30,851 nt of DNA from Chiloscyllium plagiosum (taxonomy: Eukaryota): contig NC_057754.1 in NCBI RefSeq assembly GCF_004010195.1, forward strand, positions 708,169-739,019, given 5' to 3'. Below the pieces are notes generated by a model. The model was not told the DNA's origin. It saw only the letters and a list, made by a program, of their open reading frames with translations, and did not search any database. Position 1 is the stretch's first letter. Each line of letters starts with the position of its first letter. Both the position numbers and the translations under genes were made by a program. This document shows, in pieces, positions 20,323 through 30,851 of this stretch.

Positions 20323-20529
20323 AGAGCGTTGGTGTAATATGTGCCTTCGAGCAGTACTGTGAGGACAGGAATGAGTGTACAGTAACTATCTGCATGTTCT
20401 CGAGAAACTGAGGCAGGGACAGCCAATCACCTGTCCCAAACAGCAGAAAACAAAATTTATACACCAAGCCCTCAATGAACTTCAGTTCAACAGCAAACAT
20501 TCACTGTCACAGTACACTGACATGCTGAT
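20323..20529 (+). pseudogene. Candidate disabled exon ERWCNMCLRAVL*GQE*VYSNYLHVLEKLRQGQPITCPKQQKTKFIHQALNELQFNSKHSLSQYTDML
   Basis: Acceptor ctctttgaactgtcattgccAG and a single frame with only two stops, both TGA (20360, 20372), compatible with CGA to TGA decay. The donor is uncertain and no homologue is recognised. Confidence 0.3.
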
Positions 20530-20624
20530 GTGTACAAGCAAACATATATGTATACATGTATGTATGTATGTCTGTGTGTGGGTATACAGGTGTACACACT
20601 GGGTGAGCAGACTTCTCATTAAGC

Positions 20625-20880
20625 AATAACCCAATCACAGTATCCCTCACTCAATAATCCAATCACGGTGTCCCTGAGATAAAAACCCAATCACAGTGTC
20701 CCTCAGACAATAACCCAATCATTGTTCATCAAACAATCACAGTGTCCCTGAAATAAACCCAATCAAGTGTCTCTCAGACAATAACCCAATCACAATGTCC
20801 ATCACACAATCAGCCAATCATGGTGTCCTTGAGGTAATCATCCAATCACAATGTTCCTGAGGTAATCACCCAATCACAGT
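20625..20880. repeat. 28-bp CCAAT-containing minisatellite, left half (~9 units)
   Basis: ccaatcac at 20631, 20659, 20687...; unit ~CCAATCACAGTGTCCCTGAGATAATCAC. Confidence 0.9.
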
Positions 20881-22897
20881 TTCACAGCATGGAAACTCAT
20901 CTGCACCAAACCAGACATCCCAATCTGACCAAGTCCCATTTGCCATCACTTGGCCCATATCCCTCTAAACTCTTCCTTTTCATGTAGATACATCCCGTCT
21001 AGATACATTTTAAATGTTATAATTATACCAGCCTCCACCACTTCCTCTGGCAGCTCATTTCCAAACACGAACCACTGTCTGCATGAAGGTTTTACCCCTC
21101 AGATCCTTTTTAAATCTCTCCCCTCTCACCTTAAACCTCTGCCCTCTAGTTTTGAAATTCCCTACCCTGGAAGAAAAAAAACCTTGTCTGTTCACCCTAT
21201 CCATGCCCTTCATGATTTTTTAAACCTCAATATGGTCACCCCTCACTCTCTGACACTCCAGGGAAAATTTCCCAGTATATTCAGCCTCACCCTATAGTCC
21301 AAACCTTCCAGTCCCTTCAACATCCTTGTAAATCTTTTCTGAACCCTCTCAACTCTAACAGCGTCCTTCCCATAGAAGTCTGAGCAGAATTGAATACAGT
21401 ATTCCAAAGGTGGCATCACGTACAGTCACAACATGTTGTACTCAATGTTATAACAAATGAAGGCAAACGTGCCAAATACTTTCTTCACCACCCTGTCTGC
21501 CTGTGATTCCATTTTCAAGGAACTGTGCACCTGAAACTTTGGGTCTGTTTGTTCGACAACACTCCCCAGGACCCTACCATTAACTATATAAGTCCTGCCC
21601 TGATTTGCCTTTCCAAAATGCAACACCTCACACTTAACTAAATTAAACTCCATCTGCCATTCAGCCCATTGGCCCATCTGATCAAGGTCCCGTTGTACTC
21701 TGAGATAATCTTCACTGTCCACTACACCATGTGTCATCTGCAAACTTACTAACCGTACCTCCGATATTCACATTAAAATTATTTATCTAAATGACGAAAG
21801 CAGTGGACCCAGCATTGATCCTTATGGCATACCAGTGGTAGAGGCCTCCAGACCAAAACACAACACTCCACCATCACTCCCTGTCTCCTGCCTTCAAGTT
21901 AATGTTGTATCCAATTGATTAGCTCCCCCAATTTCCATGTGATCTAAAATTGCTAACCAACCTACCTTGTGAAATCTTGTCACTTTACTGAAATCCATAT
22001 AGACAATGTCTACCTCTCTGCTTTCATCAATCTTCTTTGCCACTTCTTCAAAAATCTCAATCAATTTAGTGAGACATGACTTCCGACACACCAAGCCATG
22101 TTGACTTTCCCTAATTAGTCCTTGCCTTTCCAAATATATATAAATCCTGTATGTCAGAATCCCGTCATCAACTTTGCCACCACTGATGTGAGGCTCACCG
22201 GTCTGTAGTTACCTGGCTTTTCCTTCCCACCTATCTTAAGTAATGCACCACGTTAGCCAACCTCAAGTCTTCCGGCACCTCGCCTGTGGCTATAGATTAT
22301 ACAGGTCCGGGGGAGTTATCTACCTTTATGCATTTTTTTTGTGTAGGACACAGTGACGAAACGAGTGCAGAAAACTTTATTCACTTTCCAGCACCAGGAA
22401 GAAAAAGCACCCAAGTAACCAGTGACAAGAAGTGTGTTTGTCTTTAGGAGAAATGCCTACATGATCGAAAAAGTGAAGGGAAGGATAGGGATTAAATCAA
22501 AATAGAATCGGAGGGAGAAATAAAACACTCCACACCCCGCGTCATTATGCATTTTAAGACCTCTAGCACCTCCCCTTCTGTAATGTGGAAACTTTTCAAA
22601 ATATTATTTATTTTCCCAAGTTCTCTAGCTTCCATGTCCTGCTCTACAATAAATGCTGACATGAAATACTCATTTAGTATCTCCCCCATCTCATGTGGTT
22701 CCATACATGGACAATCTTGCTAATCTCTAAGGGGCCCTGTTGTTTCCCTAGTTACTCTTTTGTCCTTAATGTATTTATTTTTGTCCTTAACTCTATTTGC
22801 TAAAGCTATTCCATGCCCTCTTTTTGCCCTCCTGATTTCCCTTTTTAGTACTGTATACTCCTACTGCCCTTATACTCATCTCAGGATTCACTCTCCC
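20881..22897 (-). mobile_element. 5'-truncated CR1 LINE (~1.8 kb) inserted into the 28-bp minisatellite; nested Tx1-like copy
   Basis: - strand ORFs read MGEILNEYFMSAF, LIRESQHGLVCRKSCLTKLIEIFEEV...VYMDFSK and QRDLDQMGQWAEWQMEFNLVKCEVLHFGK; the FADD motif is at tcatctgcaaa (about 21734). Confidence 0.95.
22337..22544 (-). mobile_element. Short Tx1/L1-clade 3' end with poly-A and 11-bp TSD, nested in CR1
   Basis: TSD ttatgcatttt at 22326-22336 and 22545-22555; encodes RGVECFISPSDSILI*. The UTR is homologous to 1120-1275 but ends at cactgtgtcctacac-A(n). Confidence 0.85.
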
Positions 22898-23131
22898 CCT
22901 GAGGTATTCAGCCAATCACACAGTCCCTGAGACACTTGCCCAATCACAGTGTTCCTGAGGCAATCGCATAATCAACGTGTTTATCACACAATAATCCAAC
23001 CATAGTGTCCCTTTGATAAACCCTCTAATAATCACCCATTCACAGTGTCCCTGAGATAATCACCCAATCACAATGTCCCTGAGATGATCACCAAATCACA
23101 GAGTCTCTGAGATGATGACCCATCAAATCAC
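22898..23131. repeat. 28-bp CCAAT-containing minisatellite, right half (~8 units)
   Basis: Same unit (ccaatcacagtgtccctgagataatcac) as 20625-20880. Confidence 0.9.
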
Positions 23132-23134
23132 GGA

Positions 23135-23585
23135 AGAGTTACAATGTCAAAGGAGGCCATTTGGCCCATTGTCCCACCTTCAGTGAATATACAGCCAGGT
23201 CTCTCTGCTCTTGCAATCCCTTTAGAATTGTGCCCTCTATTTTCTATTGTCTTTCAATGTTCGTCCAACCAAAGTGCATCACCTCACACGTCCCTGTACT
23301 GAACCTCATCTGTCACCAATCAGCCCACTCCACCAACCTGTCAATGTCCTATTGGGAGCTCCACACTGACCTCCTCACTGTTTACAGCAATTCCAAGTTT
23401 CACATCATCTGCAAACTTTGGGAAATTGTCCCCAGCACACAAAAATCATTAATATATATCAGGAAAAGCAAGGATTCATATACCGATCCCTAGGGAATTC
23501 CACTGCAACCCTACCTCTGGCCAGAAAAATATCCATTGACCATTACCCTCTCTTTCCAATTACCCATTTTGTATCCATGTTGCTG
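23135..23585 (-). mobile_element. Internally deleted CR1 fragment (RT FADD region joined to the 3' tail)
   Basis: aaaggaggccatttggcccatt tail; catcatctgcaaact (reverse K-FADD); ccaaagtgcatcacctcaca (reverse CEVMHFG); gatccctagggaattccact (reverse SGIP*GS). Confidence 0.8.
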
Positions 23586-23611
23586 CTGACCATTTTACTT
23601 GTCTCCCAGTT

Positions 23612-23768
23612 ACTTGGATCAACCATTATGTGGTCCCACAATCACTCGGACTTTGCTCCATCGCTTGGACCCACCTTTACTCAGAACCACCATCATTCAG
23701 ACCTTGCCCCATTATTTGGACCCACCATCACTCAGACCCACCATCACTCAGACCCACCATCACTCATG
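23612..23768. repeat. Small tandem repeat: 16-bp unit GACCCACCATCACTCA within a 51-bp higher-order unit
   Basis: ttgga recurs at 23614, 23665 and 23716; the 16-mer is repeated perfectly at 23719-23766. Confidence 0.85.
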
Positions 23769-25799
23769 CCTCAAACATGTCTTAAGGCACATGTTTGGAC
23801 CATCAAAGAGTTCACTGCTCTGAGCTGTTTCCTTACCAACTATTGGCTGTGTTGGTACCCACTGTCTTAATGTGAAACATCTTATCACCACAACACAATG
23901 AAGACAAGAGTTAAGAAGAGATTGAAGAGAAGAATGTAATATTGATGAAGATCCAACATACCAATGGTCCTCAAACAGCAGATCACAGTGGTATTGTGAA
24001 ATCATCATAGGATAAGAATCCCTGCTACGCCGTTCTAACTTTGATAGGAGGAGAGCATTGGAAACGAAGCCCCGCAAGCCATACCCGAATGTTCTCATTT
24101 ATCAGCAAAATAGTCAATTTGTTTCTCTTTATGGAGCACAAAAGATTGATTTTCACCAAGTCTCTTTCATAAACTCCAAAATATCACATGTATTAGAATC
24201 AAGCTTCAGATTTAAGTACGTGGCCAAACTAGTTATCAGCCAAGCTGATCCCAAAAATGCACGCACACACTGATAAGATGAGGTGCTACCTTCTCAGCAG
24301 AGTATTATAGGATTGAGGAAACGCAAACACAATGGTAGCTCAAGAATCCAAACAAAAAAGGTGGATTGAGGTGACTTACTCAGAGTTTTTTCATTTTTTT
24401 TTGTCCGTGAGATGATGTTGCTTGGATTGTAGAACAATGAAATTCCCTCAGTTCAAGTAGCAGGTCAGTTAGACCTAGGTCCATGGATCAAGTTAATGGT
24501 TCGACTTTGAAAGTATACAATCCAAGATATTAATTTCTCAAGTACTGCACTGAGATATTTCTTCAGCGAAGTTTCTCTATGCATTATCTTCTACTTGTTG
24601 AGAGATAGCATTGCTTCCTTGTGAGCTTGTCCAACAATTGACCAATTCTGAAGTCTGTGGCAAAACAGAAAGCAAAGGTTCAGAGGCTGTTGGTGTGCAA
24701 TGTAAGAAATCACATCTTCTTAATTTTTTGGATAATAATTCAAAATGAGGAAATAGACACTTCTACAAAAGCGAACATGGAAGGCATTATTTGCGGCTTT
24801 GTTAAAGCAAGTAATACGAACAGATGAATTTGTAATATTTTCAGTAACACTATGCCACCTGGGTGTGTTCAACATAATCCTCCCCAGAGACAGTCTTTTT
24901 GATTGGCACCAATTGTGGTTTCAGTTGAGCTCAGCACAGCAATAATGCTCTGATTGGTCAAGTTCAGATTAACCCAGACTGTGCGAGCAGGATGGATCAG
25001 AGAGAAGCAAAGAGCCCTCTAGAAGTTTAGCTGCTTCAATTGCATTTTTTATCCCCGTTCCCTTGCTGTAAACGATTGCCTTCACCAACTTCGAAAGAAC
25101 AGTGGAAAAGCTATATTCAGAGATGCTGAAATAAATAATTCTCCAGTTTGGGCAAGATTTTCTCAGGGTGGTTTGGCCAACTTCTCTGAAGTGTTTTCTC
25201 TGCCCTCGTGGCTCCCGCTTGCTGTGACAGAGCTCAGAGCAGAGAGCTCATTTTGAGAGTCTCCTGATAGTGTGGGCCACCCAACTGTCTGTGTGTGTGT
25301 CTGTGTGTCTCTGTCTGTGTATACATTACCTATCCCAGACAATACCCACTCAACATTCTCTTTATTCCTCCACTTCATGAGGCCATTTTGCAATTCCATC
25401 TTGCTAAATGAAGGAAATGGGTGTATGTATCTCTTGTTATATCCTTATCAGCTCACAAATCTTCCACAGCCAGCAAGGAAATGTCTAAATGTCTAAATTC
25501 CCCTGGACACACTGCAAAGGTGCAGCAACACTGGTGGGGTTCAGATCAAACCTGAGCTCATCAACATTTGCTCTGTTTCTCCTGAATTCCACAGACACTG
25601 CCTCACCAACCTAGCATTTCTAGCCTGTGCATTTTCAATTCAGAAAGTGAATCTATTTCCAGACAGTTGTTTGAGGGATATTGGTCCTTAGAGGGATTAT
25701 GGGAAAACACCTTCCATGTCTTGACATGACCCACATTGTTCCAGCCTGAATAGATTCTGTTTAAAATCATCCCCCACATCCACTAGGGGGCACAAATCT

Positions 25800-26017
25800 A
25801 CTTCAAGAGACAACTTCTCTGACAGTGCAGCACTACCTTGGCACTGACCCTCTGACAGTCCCCATTTCCTCAGCACTGACCCTCTGACAGTGCCTGCTCC
25901 TTCAGCACTGACCCTCCAACACTGAGCTTCCTCAGCACTGATTTTCTGACAGTGCAACACTGTGCCAGTGCAGACCCTCTGATAGTGCAGCACTCTTTCA
26001 GCGCTGATCTCTGATAG
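25800..26017. repeat. Second, shorter array of the 33-bp Deu-SINE-derived minisatellite (~6 units)
   Basis: ctcagcactgaccctctgacagtg units like those at 18884-19605. Confidence 0.85.
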
Positions 26018-26214
26018 TTTGGTAGTAAGAGTGAGAGAGATTCCTGGTCTGTGTGATAGAAAGAACATAGGGGTCTGTGACTTGACTGTCCATAGCTCCA
26101 GTTGAAAAGTGTAAGCTGCGACAGAGTCTGGACTGCGGGGTGAGTGTCCAGACACTGTTTCTGGAACAGACCGGGGCTATCAGTGGTTGCACTTTAATGC
26201 CTTGCATTAACAGA

Positions 26215-26394
26215 ATTTAAAATCATACAACACCAGGTTTTAGTCCAACAGGTTTATTTGGAAGCACTAGCGTTTGGAGCACTGCTCCTTCATCAGGTTG
26301 CAGCGTGCTTCCAATTAAACCTGTTGGACTATAACCTGGTGTTGTGTGATTTTTAACTTTGTCCACACCAGTCCAACACTGGCAGCTCCACATC
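26215..26394. mobile_element. Penelope-like inverted pseudo-LTR insertion, second family, 8-bp TSD
   Basis: Inverted arms aaaatcatacaacaccagg...ggaagcac / gtgcttcc...cctggtgttgtgtgatttt; TSD ttaacaga (26207-26214, 26395-26402); - strand ctgatga-a-ggagc-agt-gctcc hammerhead remnant at about 26270-26296. Confidence 0.8.
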
Positions 26395-26398
26395 TTAA

Positions 26399-27527
26399 CA
26401 GATGCACCAACAGCTTAATACTGATGAGATACCGTTTCCCTGACCAGTCTGTGGGAAGTGCTGTCATAGTGATATCCCACCAGTGTGTTCACACCATTCA
26501 GAGGCCATTCAGGTGGTTTCACTGTGAGACTGGGTTCAAGGAATCTTAGAGTCATACAACACGGTAATAAACCCTTCAGTCCAACTCATCTGCACCAAGT
26601 GCCCTCTAGTTTTGGACTCGCCCACCCTGGGAAAAAGTCCATGTCTCTTCACCCTTTCCATGCCCCTCATTATTTTATAAACCCTTCAGTCTCCGATATT
26701 CCAGGAAAATAGTTCCAAACTATTCAGCCTTTTCCTATAGCTCAAATCCTCCAACCACAGTAAAATCCTTGTCAATCTTTTCTGAGCCCATTCAAGTTTA
26801 ACAACATCCTTCCTATGGCAGGGAGACCAGAATTGAACGCAGCATTCTAAAAATGGCCTAACCAATGTCCTGTACAGCCTCCCAACTCCTGTTCTCAATG
26901 GATTGACCAATGCAAGCAAGTATATCAAATGCCTTCTTCACTATCCTGTCTATCTGGGACTCCACTTTCAAGGAACTATCAATCTGTACCTCTAGGTCTC
27001 TTTGTTCGGCAACACTCCCCAAAAGCCCTACCATTAACTGTATAAGTCATTCCCTGATTTGCATTACCAAATGGCAGTACCTCGCATTTATCTAAATGAA
27101 ACTCCATCTGCCACTCCTCTCATCTGACTGAACACCAGTGAGTTCACTCTGGGGAGAGACCAGAGTGTAGGAAGGATTTCACTTTGTCATCCATGCTGGT
27201 GATACACCAGCACATTCACACTGGGTAGAGACCATTCATCAGCATTGAGTGTGGGAAGGCATTCACTGATTGCCTGTTGCAACAGCAGAGTGCTCAGCAA
27301 GAAACTATTCATGTGCACTGAGTGCAGTAACAGTTTCTGTTGGTCACCTCCTCTGGTGATTCACTGGCCAGTTCTCACTGGCCTTATTATACTTGCTGTG
27401 AGTGTGGCAAGACATTCACTCAGGTACATAGCCTGTTGAGACACTAGTGGGGTGAACCTGCTCAGATAGTGGGAAGGGATTCACTCAGTCATTTGCCCTG
27501 CTGAAACGTCGAAAAATTCATAAGTAA
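26399..27527 (+). pseudogene. Decayed C2H2 zinc-finger array (about 7 fingers) interrupted by a CR1
   Basis: QMHQQLNTDEIPFP*PVCGK, HQCVHTIQRPFRWFHCETGFKES |CR1| [92 protein letters not shown]. It has stops, frameshifts and lost Cys/His residues; AATAAA at about 27857. Confidence 0.9.
26546..27118 (-). mobile_element. CR1 LINE 3' fragment inserted in the zinc-finger pseudogene
   Basis: ORF 26686-26928 reads LYRTLVRPFLECCVQFWSPCHRKDVVKLEWAQKRLTRIL; tail ttagagtcatacaacacgg; homologous to 20881-21660. Confidence 0.92.
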
Positions 27528-27534
27528 CTTTAAT

Positions 27535-27743
27535 GTGGAGGTTCTGGTGTTGGACTGGGGTGGACAAAGTTAAAAATCACACAACATCAAGTTATAGTCC
27601 AACAGGTTTATTTGGAAGTACAAGCTGTTGGAGCACTGCTCCTTCATCAGGTAGCAGCCTGACCTTGAAGGAGCAACACTCTGAAAGCTAGTGCTTCCAA
27701 GTAAACCTGATGGACGTTAACCTGGTGCTGTGTGATTTTTAAC
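27535..27743. mobile_element. Penelope-like inverted pseudo-LTR insertion (same family as 26215-26394, opposite orientation)
   Basis: Arms agttaaaaatcacacaac...ccttcatcagg / cctgac..gaaggagc...gtgtgatttttaact; imperfect 14-bp TSD taagtaactttaat (27521-27534) / taattaattttaat (27744-27757). Confidence 0.8.
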
Positions 27744-28794
27744 TAATTAATTTTAATCATTGGATTTTGCCTGTGTCCTGTTCACTTGGGTCCATTTCTG
27801 TTAATATTTGTAAAACACAGTGCATTTAAAAGGGTTAATATTGTGGTTAAAGGTCAAATAAAGTCACTTAGTTTTAAGTTTTTTAAAAACTTTGCACAGA
27901 ACCGCAACACCTTGAAATGGAGAAAGGTGAGTTAAACCCAATTCCCTTGTCTTTAGATTTGTAAACTAGAAGTGCCAACTGCAGGAAAGAAGATAGAGGA
28001 CTGTGCGACAGATGTCCTACTTTCCTGGGAATTTCCTGGGGCAGTGTCGCTGGATTATTTGACTCAAAAGTCAGAGACTTCACACAGTCCCCACCCTCGG
28101 GGAAAGATTTTGAATCCTGTACCTGTTGTTTCACAATGACTGTCTATACCTCCTCCAGGGGTATATGTTGTACTTGGGGGAGGTGCTGTCGTCATTCTGA
28201 AACCCCAGGGGCTGTCACAATCTGTTAAAGGTCAGTGCCCACTCGACATTTCTCTCTCATTCTCACCTGTTCAGAATGTGGGTGAGTAGAGTTACATAGT
28301 TCTGTTCCCCACGCCACACCCAGGTAAAGCTCCAAGTCTAGATAATCTCTCCTGATGTCTTTGTATGATATGGGCTCACTGTGTCCTGTCCTCCTGATTT
28401 AGTGAGATTCAGTCCCATTTTCACTCAGCAGTCTGGGTTAATGTGCTCTCACTGGCATGTCTCATCTCTCCATTGATGTTTAAGATCATAAACTGAGGTG
28501 AGGTTAACTATCAGCTCATGATACCTGAGGATTCAGACGAGAAAGATCCCCTTTCCATTAATTTCACTGACTGCTTTCCTCCTGTTCATTCTCAGGACGT
28601 GGGGGTCACTGATAGAGGCTGCTGTTTATTGGCCAGTCCCAGTCATCCAGCCAGTGCACAAAGTATAATGGATTCAGAATGGACAGGGCTGAGTCAGCTG
28701 CATCAACTTGGGAATGGAGTCACCTTCACGCCCAGACTGAGAAAGGGAGGCAGGTTTCCATTGGAAACTACGTATCAACATTCAGACATGTGAA

Positions 28795-28945
28795 TATACC
28801 GCTAAGGAGCAGGAGTAGGTCCCTTGGCTTTTCAAGCTTGCTCACCATTCGATAAGATCATGGCTGATCTCATTATGGCCTCACTCTCCTGCCCTGTCTA
28901 CCCTGTGGCTCTGTTGTCAGTCAAGAAGCTGTCTGAACTGAATTA
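28795..28945 (-). mobile_element. CR1-type 3' terminal fragment
   Basis: aggagcaggagtagg...ctcaccattcgataagatcatggctgatct is similar to 12316-12385. Confidence 0.65.
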
Positions 28946-29219
28946 GCTTTGAGGTCATGTGCACTCAAATGAGTGCAGTGAAACGTTTGCAATGTTGCCA
29001 CTTACAGCACTATCAAAGGTATAAGATACCTAGGTACAGATACTTAAGAATTTGGTACAGAATTGAAACAATAATAAATAAATGTCTGACACAAAAATCA
29101 AAAGTTCTAAAAAGTACTCGGATTACAGCCCTTTTCACCCCAGCCCATGCCAGCACCTAGCCTCCAGATCGCCCTGGGCCAAGTCTTCAGACCACAATGG
29201 CCTTCAAAACCCGAGGCCA

Positions 29220-30155
29220 TACCTCCAGTCCGCAAGAGACTCACCTCCCCATGACATCCCCCAGTATGGGCCTAGCCTCCCCATGACATGCTCCAGTCTG
29301 GGCCTAGCCTGCCCATGACATCCCCCCCTCTGGGCCTAGCCTCCCCATGACATCCTCCAGTCTGGGCCTAACCTCCCCATGACGTCCCCCAGTTTGAGCC
29401 TAGCCTCCCCATGACATCCTCCAGTCCAGGCCTAGCCTCCCCATGACATCCTCCAGTCTGGGCCTAGCCTCCCCATGACATCCCCCAGTTTGGGCCTAGC
29501 CTCCCCATGACATCCCCCAGTCTGGGCGTAGCCTCCCCCATGACATCCTCCAGTCTGGGCCTAGCCTGCCCATGACATCCTCCAGTCCAGGCCTAGCCTG
29601 CCCATGACATCCCCCAGTCTGGGCCTAGCCTCCCCATGACATCCTCCAGTCTGGGCCTAGCCTCCCCATGACATCCTCCAGACCAGGCCTAGCCTCCCCA
29701 TGACATCCTCCAGTCTGGGCCTAGCCTCCCCATGACATCCTCCAGTCCGGGCCTAGCCTCCCCATGACATCCTCCAGTCTGGGCCTAGCCTGCCCATGAC
29801 ATCCTCCAGTCCAGGCCTAGCCTGCCCATGACATCCTCCAGTCCAGGCTTAGCCTCCCCATGACATCCTCCAGTCCAGGACTCCCCTCACCATGACATCC
29901 CCCAGTCTGGGCCTAGCCTGCCCATGACATCCTCCAGTCTGGGCCTAGCCTCCCCATGACGTCCTCCAGTCCAGGCCTTGCCTCCCCATGACATCCTCTA
30001 GTCTGGGCCTAGCCTGCCCAAGACATCCTCCAGTCTGGGCCTAGCCTCCTCATGACATCCTCCAGTCCAGGACTCCCCTCACCATGACATCCCCCAGTCT
30101 GGGCCTTGACTCCCCATGGCATCCTCCAGTCCAGGACTTGCTTCTCCATGACATC
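29220..30155. repeat. Homogeneous 32-bp minisatellite (~29 units, CTCCCCATGACATCCTCCAGTCTGGGCCTAGC)
   Basis: atgac at 29251, 29283, 29315... (period 32), with very few variant positions. Confidence 0.97.
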
Positions 30156-30549
30156 AGGCAGTTCCTGGTTTGCGAAGGTGTCCTGTTCTGGAGTCCGTTT
30201 GTAAGTTGATTTGTATGCAAGTCAACACACAATGCAGGACAATATTGAGCAGCTATTTCTCAGGAACATTTGAATGTCAAGTCCTTGAATCAGACCCCTG
30301 TGTAGGATCGCATTCGTAAGGACAAGCGCTTGTATGCTGGACATTGGTAAATTGGAGACCACCTATAATAATAAAAGTACTGAACCATTCCACTATCACC
30401 ACCACTCTATGGGGAAGAGAATTTCACAGAGTTTTTGTTTCTGTCTTAAACGGGATAGTGCTTATTTTTTAACCATCTCCCCAAGCTTCATCTCTCCCAC
30501 ATTGGGAAGCATCCTTGCCATGGCTCCTGGAAAATCACTCTGGATCTTA

Positions 30550-30851
30550 TATGTACCTGTCAGGCAGGGAGGAAAGGGTCGTGCGAGGGAGCCGTGGTTT
30601 AATAAGGAATTGGAATCCCTTGTTAAATGGAAGAGGGCGGCCTATCTCAAGATGAGACGTGAAGGTTCAATTGGGGCGATTGAGAGTTATAGGGTAGCCA
30701 GGAAGGACCTGAAGAGAGAGCTAAAAGCAGCAAGGAGGGGACATGAAAGGTCCTTAGTAGATAGGATTAGGGAAAACCCTAAGGCTTTCTATAGGTATGT
30801 TAGGAATAAAAGAATGACTAGGATAGGAATAGGTCCAGGCAAGGATAGTAG
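30550..30851 (+). mobile_element. Young 5'-truncated CR1 LINE ORF2 (linker between EN and RT), open to the window end
   Basis: 100 uninterrupted codons: YVPVRQGGKGRAREPWFNKELESLVKWKRAAYLKMRREGS...RSLVDRIRENPKAFYRYVRNKRMTRIGIGPGKDS (PW and NPKAFYRY motifs). Confidence 0.9.

Noticed and set aside
22492..22704. CR1/Tx1 chimeric ORF as a functional gene
   Set aside because: Short, within a defective CR1; an in-frame junction occurs by chance one time in three.
26215..27743. Composite transposon formed by the two PLE palindromes around the zinc-finger array
   Set aside because: Each palindrome has its own TSD and there is no shared outer TSD.

Overview
Repeat-dense vertebrate genomic DNA. The repeat types (CR1 LINEs, tRNA-derived and Deu-domain SINEs, Penelope-like palindromic insertions, Tx1/L1-clade 3' ends, solo LTRs) point to a cartilaginous fish, probably a shark; this is inferred from recalled repeat families, not from a search. 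No intact host gene can be assembled. Most listed ORFs are LINE remnants, antisense frames or minisatellite artefacts. The window also holds a decayed C2H2 zinc-finger array (26.4-27.5 kb) and several weak + strand exon candidates that may belong to a decaying multi-exon gene. The most unusual structure is 839-2351, a solo LTR inside a CR1. Its TATA box has been expanded into about 14 copies of a TATAAC(A/C)GG motif, almost all directly preceded by an A-rich tail. Between the copies lie 5'-truncated Tx1-like retrotransposon ends and polyadenylated LTR R-region pieces. This fits repeated target-primed insertion of a non-LTR element at an LTR promoter, with 3' transduction. A young, perfectly palindromic Penelope-like insertion with an intact minimal hammerhead core lies at 2828-3051.
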